Part shown: positions 9,417-18,002 of the stretch, piece after piece | Numbering within the stretch: position 1 is the first letter of the stretch | Layout of the letters: each line of letters begins with the position of its first letter | IMG/VR virus record: IMGVR_UViG_3300021424_000003 | Location: 1-64,000 of that record | Direction: 5' to 3' (one strand) | Length of the DNA stretch: 64,000 nucleotides | DNA from: a virus | Translations under genes and position numbers: made by a program | Notes under the pieces: generated by a model | Told to the model about the DNA's origin: nothing | The model's database searches: none | What the model saw: the letters and a program-made list of their open reading frames with translations, nothing else

Positions 9417-10880
9417 ATGCCGTTTCAACATAAACGCTTAGTTGGGCCGCTTGCACTGACAACAAGTTCAACGCTTGTGTATACAGTGCCTGCGAGCAAG
9501 ACATCAATCGTGAAGCAGGTTGTAGTCGCGAATACGACTGGTAGTTCTGCCACGTTTACTTTGCGCATTGGGGCTAGTACTGCGTTGTTTAATGCGGTTA
9601 CTGTTGCCGCTAACGATTCCCTTCTGATTAATTTGTCGCAAGTTTTGGAGACTACTGAGACTCTTTATGCTTCTGCTTCGGCAAACACAACTTTGAATCT
9701 GACAATTTCTGGTGTCGAGAATGATGGTCCGCTAGAACCGACAGAGACATACATTGCGGACAATGCAATAACAACCCCTAAATTATCAAATGCTTCTGTC
9801 ACAACAGATAAGTTAGCAGCAGATGCTGTTACAACAGCCAAAATTGCTAATAATGCTATTACACAAGCAAAACTTAGCACAGATGTTCCGTTAAGTGGAA
9901 TGAGGAATGTGCTGATAAACGGCGGGTTTGATGTTTGGCAACGCACCACTAGCAGCGAGTATTCGGCATCCCTATCAACCGCCGAATGGAAAGCCCCAGA
10001 CCGTTGGTGGACAGCCCAATTAGCAACAGCAAGCACTTTGATTGTCGAGCGTAAACCTGCCGATACAACAAACTTCAACTACGGTTGCCGTGTCCAACGA
10101 AAATCTCTCCAGACAGGAACTGGCACAATTTATTTCGGGCAAACGCTAGAAAGCGTTACGTCAAAAGCGTGTGCCGGAAAGCAAGTTACGTTGTCTTTCT
10201 ATGTAAAAAAGGGGGCCAATGCCCCTTCAACATTTGATGCCGTTGTCTACGGCGGGAAAGGGACAGACCAAACATCTGGTGCATTATTCTCAACGGGCTT
10301 TACGAGCGGGGCAAATTTGCTGTCGCAGACTGTTACGCCGACCACAACTATGACGAGGTACATCTACACGTTTGCTGTGGACAGCACCTATACCCAGTTG
10401 GCTCTTTGGTTTAAGTGGACACCTTCTGGTACAGCGGGTGCAGATGAGTGGTTCCAGTTTGAGGGTGTCCAATTGGAGCAAGGCACTCAGCCGACCCCGT
10501 TTGAGCAACGCCCTATCGGTGTTGAACTAGCACTCTGCCAGCGGTATTATCAAATGATTGTGTCTGGAAATAGCAAATCAATTGCACATGCTTATATGGC
10601 ATCTACAACTGCATGGGAATCTATAATTAACCTACCTGTCCCCATGCGCTCGGCGGCGACTATTGATTTAGCAACAACGGTTGGTGGAGCTCAATATTTT
10701 GGCGTATACGTAAACAATTTTGAACATAGCATTAACGCTATTCCTAACTCGGATTTTGCTTCGGCAGATAGATTTAGGGTGTATGGAGTAATAGTTGGCT
10801 CAACCAGTACAGCTGGTGCATCGGGAATGTTTTATACCAGAAACGCCGCTGCACGCTTAGCGGTTTCAGCGGAGTTGTGA
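9417..10880 (+). CDS. Receptor-binding fibre: N-terminal KQ adaptor domain, VTTAK repeats, then RN..ING domain
   Basis: RLVGP...IVKQVVVAN; AVTTAKIA; RNVLINGGFDVWQR...ELALCQRYY...SAEL. Confidence 0.75.
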   Translation: MPFQHKRLVGPLALTTSSTLVYTVPASKTSIVKQVVVANTTGSSATFTLRIGASTALFNAVTVAANDSLLINLSQVLETTETLYASASANTTLNLTISGVENDGPLEPTETYIADNAITTPKLSNASVTTDKLAADAVTTAKIANNAITQAKLSTDVPLSGMRNVLINGGFDVWQRTTSSEYSASLSTAEWKAPDRWWTAQLATASTLIVERKPADTTNFNYGCRVQRKSLQTGTGTIYFGQTLESVTSKACAGKQVTLSFYVKKGANAPSTFDAVVYGGKGTDQTSGALFSTGFTSGANLLSQTVTPTTTMTRYIYTFAVDSTYTQLALWFKWTPSGTAGADEWFQFEGVQLEQGTQPTPFEQRPIGVELALCQRYYQMIVSGNSKSIAHAYMASTTAWESIINLPVPMRSAATIDLATTVGGAQYFGVYVNNFEHSINAIPNSDFASADRFRVYGVIVGSTSTAGASGMFYTRNAAARLAVSAEL

Positions 10881-10993
10881 TGTACAGGATTTCGACAGAC
10901 CCAATTAGTGGTTCGCAATCCGTAGTGCTTGTTGAGGCAACGTGGTGGATTCCAATGGATGAAGCCAACTCCGACATTAGTTATAATGGATAA
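10880..10993 (+). pseudogene. Truncated chaperone remnant
   Basis: MYRISTDP...WWIPMDEANSD then ISYNG*; lacks the YQ..W.A.GNTPEPW tail found in the three intact paralogs. Confidence 0.6.
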
Positions 10994-10995
10994 AT

Positions 10996-12105
10996 ATGAC
11001 CGGTATTAGACGAATATCAGATTTAGGAACACAGGGTGTTAAGACTATTCTTGATGGCTCTGTACAGACAGCTGACATAGCTAATAATGCTGTTACACAA
11101 GCAAAACTTAGCACAGATGTGCCATTAAGTGGGATGCGTAACAACATCATCAACGGTGATTTTAAAATCAACCAACGGCAATTGTTGTCACGCTCCACCA
11201 CGGGGTATCTCCATGACCGTTGGAGACTTGAGTGCGCCGGAGGCTCCACCACATATAGCACTCAGGCGTTTACTCTGGGAAATGAAATATCTGGTTTTGA
11301 ACCAGCAAACTTTGCTCAATTAGCAGTTTCCGGTCAATCATCGGCAAGTCATTATTCTGTTTTGCACCAATATATTGAAGGCGTTAGGACGTTCGCTGGA
11401 CAGACGGTTACTGTGTCTTTTTATGCAAGAGCAACATCTGGCACGCCGAAAATTTCTCTTGAGTTAGCTCAATACTTTGGGACAGGAGGTTCACCTTCTA
11501 ACACTGTAAATACAAATGGAGGAATTGTGACTTTGTCAACAACATGGTCACGATACTCATTGACTGTTGCAGTCCCCTCTATTAGCGGGAAAACTGTAGG
11601 GTCAGTTGACGATGCACTGATAGTTCAATTTTGGCTTTCAGGTGGGAGCGACTACTCAGCAAGAATAAATTCTATGGGGATACAGAACAGCACTTTTCAA
11701 ATTTGGGGAATACAAGCCGAACCAAACGTTCAGGCCACACCTCTAGAAATCAGGCCACACGCTTTGGAGTTGCAACTGTGCCAAAGGTATTACTACGAGT
11801 TGCGAGGTTGGGGCTTCGACGATGGGTTGTGTCAAGGACATTACTACTCCACTACGCAGTTGTGGTGCGTCATCCAGCATCCAGTGCAGATGAGGAAAGG
11901 GCCGGTTTTTGCCCTGGCTAACGGGGTTTACAACGCCTATGCAATATCGCAAGGGAACCCAGTGACGACAGCGGCTCAGTATTCTGGCACGCCACAAACA
12001 TCTACAGTGTATTTTTCTGTTTTAAACGCTCGCACCCATGGTGTAGGTGGGTGGATTGCTACCGCTGCTGGAATTATGTATTTCAATTCGGAGTATTTTG
12101 GATGA
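10996..12105 (+). CDS. Receptor-binding fibre paralog
   Basis: RNNIINGDFKINQR...ELQLCQRYY; shares a 57-bp block (11080-11136) with 9846-9902. Confidence 0.75.
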   Translation: MTGIRRISDLGTQGVKTILDGSVQTADIANNAVTQAKLSTDVPLSGMRNNIINGDFKINQRQLLSRSTTGYLHDRWRLECAGGSTTYSTQAFTLGNEISGFEPANFAQLAVSGQSSASHYSVLHQYIEGVRTFAGQTVTVSFYARATSGTPKISLELAQYFGTGGSPSNTVNTNGGIVTLSTTWSRYSLTVAVPSISGKTVGSVDDALIVQFWLSGGSDYSARINSMGIQNSTFQIWGIQAEPNVQATPLEIRPHALELQLCQRYYYELRGWGFDDGLCQGHYYSTTQLWCVIQHPVQMRKGPVFALANGVYNAYAISQGNPVTTAAQYSGTPQTSTVYFSVLNARTHGVGGWIATAAGIMYFNSEYFG

Positions 12106-12278
12106 TGTATTTTTACAACGATGTTGAATTTTTGGGAAATGTGAAACGCCTTGTGTGCTACAAGAACGATGACGGTTTGGATTGCTGGCTTCCTGATGGG
12201 GAAGCCAATGTGTATTACCAGCAGTGGGTTGCTGAAGGCAACACACCCGAACCGTGGGAGGCCCCTGATGCCGATTAG
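12102..12278 (+). CDS. Small chaperone-like protein (copy 2)
   Basis: WLPDGEANVYYQQWVAEGNTPEPWEAPDAD. Confidence 0.7.
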   Translation: MMYFYNDVEFLGNVKRLVCYKNDDGLDCWLPDGEANVYYQQWVAEGNTPEPWEAPDAD

Positions 12279-12378
12279 TTCGTTCTCCGCTCCGTCCGCG
12301 ATGGAACGGGTCGGCAGGGGTGCTACTATATCCGCGTTTACGGATACGGGAACTAGGAGCCAGCATGAGTGCGTCTAG
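12268..12378 (+). pseudogene. Remnant of an MPI... fibre gene
   Basis: MPISSFSAPSA resembles the starts of 14492 (MPINNYIASSA) and 13277 (MPISSALGSSA), then similarity is lost and it stops after 36 codons. Confidence 0.45.
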
Positions 12379-12422
12379 CGTAAATCGAGGACTCCGCCCA
12401 GGGGTGAGCACAAGGAGTAGTA

Positions 12423-12920
12423 ATGGCTTTCACTGAGAAAAGACTGTTTAATAGTGGTGTTGCTAGTCCGCTTGCATTGACAGCTAATACTGATACGACC
12501 ATTTACACCTGTCCGACGAGTCAGACGACGACTACTATTCTTAAACAAATTGTGATGACTAACACTGGGGCGTCTTCGACAACGTTTTCAATATCCCTAG
12601 TTCCATCTGGTGGTTCCGTTCAAACGTCAAATAGAATATTCAATAGCGTGTCAATCGCGTCTAATGAAACAATTATTCTAGATGTCTCGCAAATCTTGAC
12701 ATCTGGTGACTTCATTTCTGCTCTTGCTGGTGCATCTGGTGTGAATATCACTATGTCTGGCGTAGAAAACGCCGGCGGAATGGTTATCTCGGGCTTGGCT
12801 GACAGTGCGGTCACGACGGCAAAAATTGCTAATAGCAACGTCACAGCGGCTAAACTAGGTCCAGACGCTTTTATAGCCAACAATCAGGCTGGCGCAATAG
12901 TTCTTATGGAGATGATGTAA
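12423..12920 (+). CDS. KQ adaptor-domain fibre-associated protein
   Basis: EKRLF...ILKQIVMTN...ITMSGVE plus AVTTAKIA; RBS AAGGAG. Confidence 0.65.
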   Translation: MAFTEKRLFNSGVASPLALTANTDTTIYTCPTSQTTTTILKQIVMTNTGASSTTFSISLVPSGGSVQTSNRIFNSVSIASNETIILDVSQILTSGDFISALAGASGVNITMSGVENAGGMVISGLADSAVTTAKIANSNVTAAKLGPDAFIANNQAGAIVLMEMM

Positions 12921-13277
12921 ATGGCTACCGGGGACAGAACAGAAACACGAGTACTAGGTCCAGTAGAACTACCGACAACACCTGGACTCATCAATGGCAA
13001 CCCGAGCAACGCCGTCGCTGCGAGCCGTGTTTGGGTTGTAAAGCAAATTGCCCTATGTAATAGAACGGGAACAGACGCGCTTGTGTACCTTGCCCTAGCC
13101 CCAAACGGTGTCTCCATTGCAAACAGCCACTACTTCATGTGGGCGCTCCCTATTGCCGCCTCTGACACCCTGGTTCTTGATACGGGAATTGTGATGGTAA
13201 CTGGCGACCAGTTTTATGGATATGCCGACCGTGCTGGTGTGAATATCATTGTTAATGGTTGGGTGAAAGAAGTCTAA
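12921..13277 (+). CDS. KQ adaptor-domain protein
   Basis: RVLGP...VVKQIALCN; paralog of the 9417 N-terminus, 12423 and 23387. Confidence 0.65.
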   Translation: MATGDRTETRVLGPVELPTTPGLINGNPSNAVAASRVWVVKQIALCNRTGTDALVYLALAPNGVSIANSHYFMWALPIAASDTLVLDTGIVMVTGDQFYGYADRAGVNIIVNGWVKEV

Positions 13278-14332
13278 TGCCTATATCATCTGCTTTAGGT
13301 TCGTCTGCGTTGCTGCCTGCTGGCCTCGGGTTTCGTAACAAAATCATCAACGGCGGGTTTGATATCTGGCAACGTGGTACGTCGTCGTTCACGACAAACG
13401 GCGCATATACGGCAGACCGCTGGGTGATGAATTTGACGGGAACTGGGACAGCGCAAACTGTTAGCCAGGTTGCCTTTACCGCTGGCAACCCAATCTCTAA
13501 CCAAGAACCGGCTTATCACATTCGCAATGCTGTAACCGGTGGTTCTGGCACATCTTCGCTTGTTGTGTTGACGCAAAAAATTGAGGATGTCAGAACGTGT
13601 GCGGGCCAGCCTGTTACGGTTTCTTTTTGGGCGAAGGTGACAAGCGGAACAGCCAACCTTGGTCTTGACTTGTACCAGGAGTTTGGGTCGGGTGGTTCGG
13701 CAACTGTTGGCGGTATCGGTGCGCAGAAGTTTGCGTTGACAACTTCGTGGCAGCGGTTTACGGCACTTATCAACGTGTCATCTATTAGTAGCAAAACAAT
13801 TGGGACCAACAATTTTCTTGCTTGCCGTTTTTGGTTTTCGAGTGGCTCTGATTACAACTCGCTGAATAATTCGCTTGGCATCCAGTCTGCGACTTTTGAT
13901 ATTTGGGGTGTGCAGGTTGAGCAGAACTATCAGCCGACCCCGTTTGAACAACGCCCTTTTGCTGTTGAAGTTTCTTTATGCCAACGCTACTTTAGCAAAT
14001 CATTTCAATTAGAAACAGCGCCCGTAAATGGGAATGGTACTGGTGATAATACAGGAAATAATCTTGTTGTATGGGCACCAACTGTTGGCAATTCTTATTC
14101 AGCAGCAATTAAATTTCCAGTAAGGATGCGTAGAACTCCTGACATCACACTCTATAATGCCGAGACATCAACACCTAACACATGGAGTGTATACAACAGT
14201 TCTGGTTCAATAAATAACTCGTATTCTGTAGTAGTTGGAACTCGTAATGAAATATCTGTATTGGTTTACGCTACATCTATTACAACTATCACTGTTTCTA
14301 ACGGAGCATGGTCAGCGAGTGCGGAATTATGA
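13277..14332 (+). CDS. Receptor-binding fibre paralog
   Basis: RNKIINGGFDIWQRG...PTPFEQRP...LCQRYF...SAEL; start at TAATG overlap. Confidence 0.75.
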   Translation: MPISSALGSSALLPAGLGFRNKIINGGFDIWQRGTSSFTTNGAYTADRWVMNLTGTGTAQTVSQVAFTAGNPISNQEPAYHIRNAVTGGSGTSSLVVLTQKIEDVRTCAGQPVTVSFWAKVTSGTANLGLDLYQEFGSGGSATVGGIGAQKFALTTSWQRFTALINVSSISSKTIGTNNFLACRFWFSSGSDYNSLNNSLGIQSATFDIWGVQVEQNYQPTPFEQRPFAVEVSLCQRYFSKSFQLETAPVNGNGTGDNTGNNLVVWAPTVGNSYSAAIKFPVRMRRTPDITLYNAETSTPNTWSVYNSSGSINNSYSVVVGTRNEISVLVYATSITTITVSNGAWSASAEL

Positions 14333-14502
14333 AAAAGTATTTTATAACCAATTCTGACCCTTTGTGCGGTATTAGTGTTGCTCGTCTTGATGATGACGGA
14401 ATAATTACATGGCTTGGCGTCCCAAATGAGGATTTAGAATACCAAGAATGGCTCGCCGCTGGCAACACACCCGAACCGTGGGAGGCCCCTGATGCCGATT
14501 AA
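14329..14502 (+). CDS. Small chaperone-like protein (copy 3)
   Basis: YQEWLAAGNTPEPWEAPDAD. Confidence 0.7.
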   Translation: MKKYFITNSDPLCGISVARLDDDGIITWLGVPNEDLEYQEWLAAGNTPEPWEAPDAD

Positions 14503-15094
14503 CAATTACATAGCGTCCTCTGCCATTGCTAAACCAGGAGTATGTACTAGTACTACTCGTCCTGCTAGTCCTTATGAGGGTCAGTTTATTTACGAAACAG
14601 ATACAAGCAAAACATTGTTGTGGACTGGTTCTTTATGGGTTACTCAAAATTGGGCTGGTCAATGTGCATTTTCGGCGTATAACCCAAGCAATATACAAAT
14701 TTGTAGTAGCGGAACATCAACAAACGTTTTATACCCATATACAGAAAGATATGACCTAGGAAGCAACTTTAATGCAACTACTGGAGTTTTTACTGCTCCA
14801 GTTTATGGTGTCTATTCTTTTTCTATTGTTTTGCACGCAATGGGAATCTCTGCCAGTACTGATTTCCTTTTCGTTAATATGACTGGCAACATTAACGTTG
14901 AGTTTATGGTCGTTTCGGGAACTAGTAATGAAAATTATAATACTAGTGGACAAGGAACACTTTCCACAGTTTTGAACGCTGGAGAAGTAGTGGGGCCACC
15001 AACTGTTGGGACAAACACAGCACAAGGTGCGGCGTACTGGCGTGGTGGAAATACTTTTAATAGTTTTACTGGAATGTTGGTGCGCCCACTATGA
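14492..15094 (+). CDS. Fibre protein with C1q/TNF-like domain
   Basis: TRPASPYEGQFIYETDT plus AFSAY...GSNFNATTGVFTAPVYGVYSFS...FTGMLV. Confidence 0.7.
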   Translation: MPINNYIASSAIAKPGVCTSTTRPASPYEGQFIYETDTSKTLLWTGSLWVTQNWAGQCAFSAYNPSNIQICSSGTSTNVLYPYTERYDLGSNFNATTGVFTAPVYGVYSFSIVLHAMGISASTDFLFVNMTGNINVEFMVVSGTSNENYNTSGQGTLSTVLNAGEVVGPPTVGTNTAQGAAYWRGGNTFNSFTGMLVRPL

Positions 15095-15651
15095 CCATTT
15101 CATCTAACGCTACAGGACTAAGACCGGGGGTCTGTACGTCGTCTACTAGGCCGAGCAACCCGTTTACGGGGCAGATTATCTACGAGACTGACACGGGTTA
15201 TCTGCGTGTGTGGGACGGTTCAGCGTGGGACTACCTCAGCCAGTCTGCGGATAACACGGCTGCGTTACGCCCAGCGGCAGGTCTGATTGGCACGGTGGCT
15301 AATTGGGCAAGCAACACTAAAACTGTTAGTTCGGCATCTCCAACAGTTGACTTGTATGACCAAACCTTGAATTTGGTCGGTGGAAGAAATTACAAATTGA
15401 ACTGGTCTTTTGACGTATTCCATTCTGCTGCCGTTACATGGTTTCTATATGTTTACGTCAACACTGTGTTTACGGGGACGTTGGCATTTTCTAACTCGTA
15501 CCAAATTGGTACATCGTGGATTTACCCAAATACCACTACGTCATCAAAACGCATACAACTTAGGGCGTCGTACAACTCGGGGGCTGGAACCGCCTATTTT
15601 GGAAGTTTGGCAATAGGTGGTGTGTGGCTTGAGGACGTCGGTCCTACGTGA
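15091..15651 (+). CDS. Short fibre/adhesin paralog
   Basis: PGVCTSSTRPSNPFTGQIIYETDTG N-terminus shared with 14492; ends EDVGPT. Confidence 0.65.
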   Translation: MTISSNATGLRPGVCTSSTRPSNPFTGQIIYETDTGYLRVWDGSAWDYLSQSADNTAALRPAAGLIGTVANWASNTKTVSSASPTVDLYDQTLNLVGGRNYKLNWSFDVFHSAAVTWFLYVYVNTVFTGTLAFSNSYQIGTSWIYPNTTTSSKRIQLRASYNSGAGTAYFGSLAIGGVWLEDVGPT

Positions 15652-15782
15652 CCATTTCGGTTTGCACTAGCACCTACAACAACACCCCCGACCAATTATG
15701 TGCTATTGTCTCGAGCGTATAAGTACACCCCTCGAGGGCACAATAGTTGTAAAGAGTTTCCGCAACAAGGAGTGATGACAAA

Positions 15783-15938
15783 ATGGAAGAACAGCTCGAC
15801 CCGCAAACACTTATCGACGAACTCGTCAGGCGCATCCAAACACTAACGCTCGAAAACGTGGTGTTATCAGCGCGCCTCACAGCAGCAATCAAATCACAAA
15901 ACGAAACAACTGCCAGCGGAGACGACACAGGGCAGTAA
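15783..15938 (+). CDS. Small coiled-coil protein (below ORF-track cutoff)
   Basis: MEEQLDPQTLIDELVRRIQTLTLENVVLSARL...; AAGGAG upstream. Confidence 0.55.
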   Translation: MEEQLDPQTLIDELVRRIQTLTLENVVLSARLTAAIKSQNETTASGDDTGQ

Positions 15939-15941
15939 ACA

Positions 15942-16178
15942 TTGGTTACCATCAATCGCTCCGTCGCCATGATGGACTCGCTCAAGCAGGAGCTGTTTAC
16001 GCTGTGCATCCAGAATGGCATTGACCCAGAGACGCTGGACATCGAAAATCCAGATTCCGACCCAGCAATAGCGGCGTCTACTCCTCACGAGCATAACTTC
16101 TATGCAATTCGTAGAATTAAGCAGGTATGCGAGGGATACGTCTTGGCTAAAGGGAAGTTTGATAATCTAGCCGAGTGA
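15942..16178 (+). CDS. Hypothetical protein, GIDP family copy 1
   Basis: ELFTLCIQNGIDPETLDIENP; paralog of 19465 and 20783; start uncertain. Confidence 0.6.
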   Translation: MVTINRSVAMMDSLKQELFTLCIQNGIDPETLDIENPDSDPAIAASTPHEHNFYAIRRIKQVCEGYVLAKGKFDNLAE

Positions 16179-16615
16179 TTCGTTCGGTTTACTGCCCTTC
16201 TGAGGAGTTCCTTGAAGAGGCGCAATCTTTAGCTGAAAAAAATAGCCTGTCTATAACTATTGGACGGTCGGAATCTATGGAAAATATAGATTTTGACGAA
16301 ACCAGGGTATGCATTGTCCACATCCCCACAATTCACATTTTTAATATTTCATCGCCGACCCTTCCGATTGGACTGATGCAGGCTTTTGGGTATACGTGTG
16401 ATTACATTGATTTTAAGAAAGATGGCAATACTCCGATACTGAAAGTCAGGTATGGGCATAATTTTTCAGAAGAAATAAAAATACAGCCTTTTTATCTAGA
16501 GTCCCATATAGCAAAGTATTCGCATAGATTTTCTTCGGCAGGCATACATGATGTGAGTATTGTTGTTGCCGGGGAAGAATATGTCAAAAATTACACATTT
16601 GAGGTGACGGAGTGA
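16175..16615 (+). CDS. Hypothetical protein
   Basis: 146 aa, GTGA-coupled to both neighbours. Confidence 0.55.
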   Translation: MIRSVYCPSEEFLEEAQSLAEKNSLSITIGRSESMENIDFDETRVCIVHIPTIHIFNISSPTLPIGLMQAFGYTCDYIDFKKDGNTPILKVRYGHNFSEEIKIQPFYLESHIAKYSHRFSSAGIHDVSIVVAGEEYVKNYTFEVTE

Positions 16616-17199
16616 AGATAGAAGTTTTAGCGCCATGCATCAACTATTACACAGAGGTATATGACGCTTATCCATTAATAGAAATGCTTGAAGAGGAGGC
16701 CGATAAATCGTGGCCTCGGATGGAGTGGGCGAGGTCATCTACCGGGCAGGCTGGTAATACATCTGTAAATGAGTACCGCTCGTCAATGGAAATGTCCTTG
16801 CTACCGATTATGACCGAAGAGGACATACCGGAGTTAAACCACATAAAAGATGGGTTTCATAAAATATACAGTGAAATAGATAAGTGCGTCTGGGACTACA
16901 GAAACCAGTATGAATTATTTATTTCTCGTCACGAGCCATTTAGTGTTTTGAGGTATGAGAATAGCGCTGAATACCATATACATACAGACTCGTCCCCAGA
17001 GAACGGAAGAGTCATGAGTATGGTTGGGTACTTTAACGACGGATATGAGGGCGGAAAATTGGAGTTCCCATTATTTAATGTAGAAATTCAGCCAGAGGCC
17101 GGCTCTGTAATCCTCTTTAGTTCGGCATATCCATACCAACATGCTGCACACCCAGTAACGAAAGGCACCAAGTATTCCTTGGTGACGTGGTTCCAGTGA
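16612..17199 (+). CDS. 2OG-Fe(II) oxygenase (prolyl-4-hydroxylase-like)
   Basis: YHIHTD (HxD), YFNDGYEGGKLEF, YQHAAHPVTKGTKYSLVTW. Confidence 0.9.
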   Translation: MKIEVLAPCINYYTEVYDAYPLIEMLEEEADKSWPRMEWARSSTGQAGNTSVNEYRSSMEMSLLPIMTEEDIPELNHIKDGFHKIYSEIDKCVWDYRNQYELFISRHEPFSVLRYENSAEYHIHTDSSPENGRVMSMVGYFNDGYEGGKLEFPLFNVEIQPEAGSVILFSSAYPYQHAAHPVTKGTKYSLVTWFQ

Positions 17200-18002
17200 G
17201 AAAAGTAAAGTACAAGATTGCAAATTTCACTTCGGATATTCCGAGAGTGAAAAAAAACGAAATGCTTATAATTCCGCATACAAACCTACTGTGGGAAGTG
17301 CCTCCATTTACGAATAGAAACAACAAGCCAGAGTGGTGGAAAAATCTAGAAAAGGGGAAAGGCTCTCTCCGGAGGTGCCATGGAACTATTGACTACCTGT
17401 CTCTGGGCGTCACATTTTCGCTATGGACAAATGTTCACGTAAGACCGACAGCGAACAACAAAAGTTTCGAGCTCAAGCTGGACCAAATGGGCGCACCAGA
17501 AATGAGGCCAGAGTTTAGAACCGAATGGTTCCCGTACTCCTCAACGGAGGGGTGTCCGTTTGCAAAAAACAGAGAAATACCTGAAGGCGACTTTCCCAAG
17601 CTGGTTACGCCCTGGATGTTTAAAACTGCACCAGGGTATTCCACACTAATCCTTCCGACCCTATTTGAGCAAAATCCCAACTATTCAGTTTTGCCGGGAG
17701 TTGTTCATACCGACTACTACCACGCAATAAATATTGTTCTCAATATACATACTAAAAATGAGTTCACTATACCGATAGGGACCCCCATGTATCAGTTGAT
17801 TCCATTTAAGAGGAGCGACAATACCTCCGAAATAATCAAGGGCAACGAAAGCATGTGGAGATTTGTAAACGGAAGAGGTGTTGGCCAGCACTACTTGGGC
17901 GATTTTGACAGAAGAATTTCGTACCGCAGGGAGTTGGCGCGAGCCGATGATTCTGTGGAAAAAGAAGACAAGTCGCTTATTGAAAGAATCCTGAGAAGAT
18001 GA
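17196..18002 (+). CDS. Hypothetical beta-clip/dUTPase-like-fold protein commonly linked to phage oxygenases
   Basis: PEWWK...RRC.G..DY...KLVTPWMFKTAPGYS...LPGVVHTDYY...GTPMYQLIPFKR. Confidence 0.6.
   Translation: MRKVKYKIANFTSDIPRVKKNEMLIIPHTNLLWEVPPFTNRNNKPEWWKNLEKGKGSLRRCHGTIDYLSLGVTFSLWTNVHVRPTANNKSFELKLDQMGAPEMRPEFRTEWFPYSSTEGCPFAKNREIPEGDFPKLVTPWMFKTAPGYSTLILPTLFEQNPNYSVLPGVVHTDYYHAINIVLNIHTKNEFTIPIGTPMYQLIPFKRSDNTSEIIKGNESMWRFVNGRGVGQHYLGDFDRRISYRRELARADDSVEKEDKSLIERILRR

Noticed and set aside
6637-14502. Repeats considered as a CRISPR array
   Set aside because: Copies are kilobases apart and protein-coding. The Cas4-like gene at 47402 sits in a Rad52 recombination operon with no cas genes.
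2954-15715. Diversity-generating retroelement or invertase shufflon behind fibre variation
   Set aside because: No reverse transcriptase or site-specific recombinase in the window; repeats are direct and mismatches are not adenine-specific.
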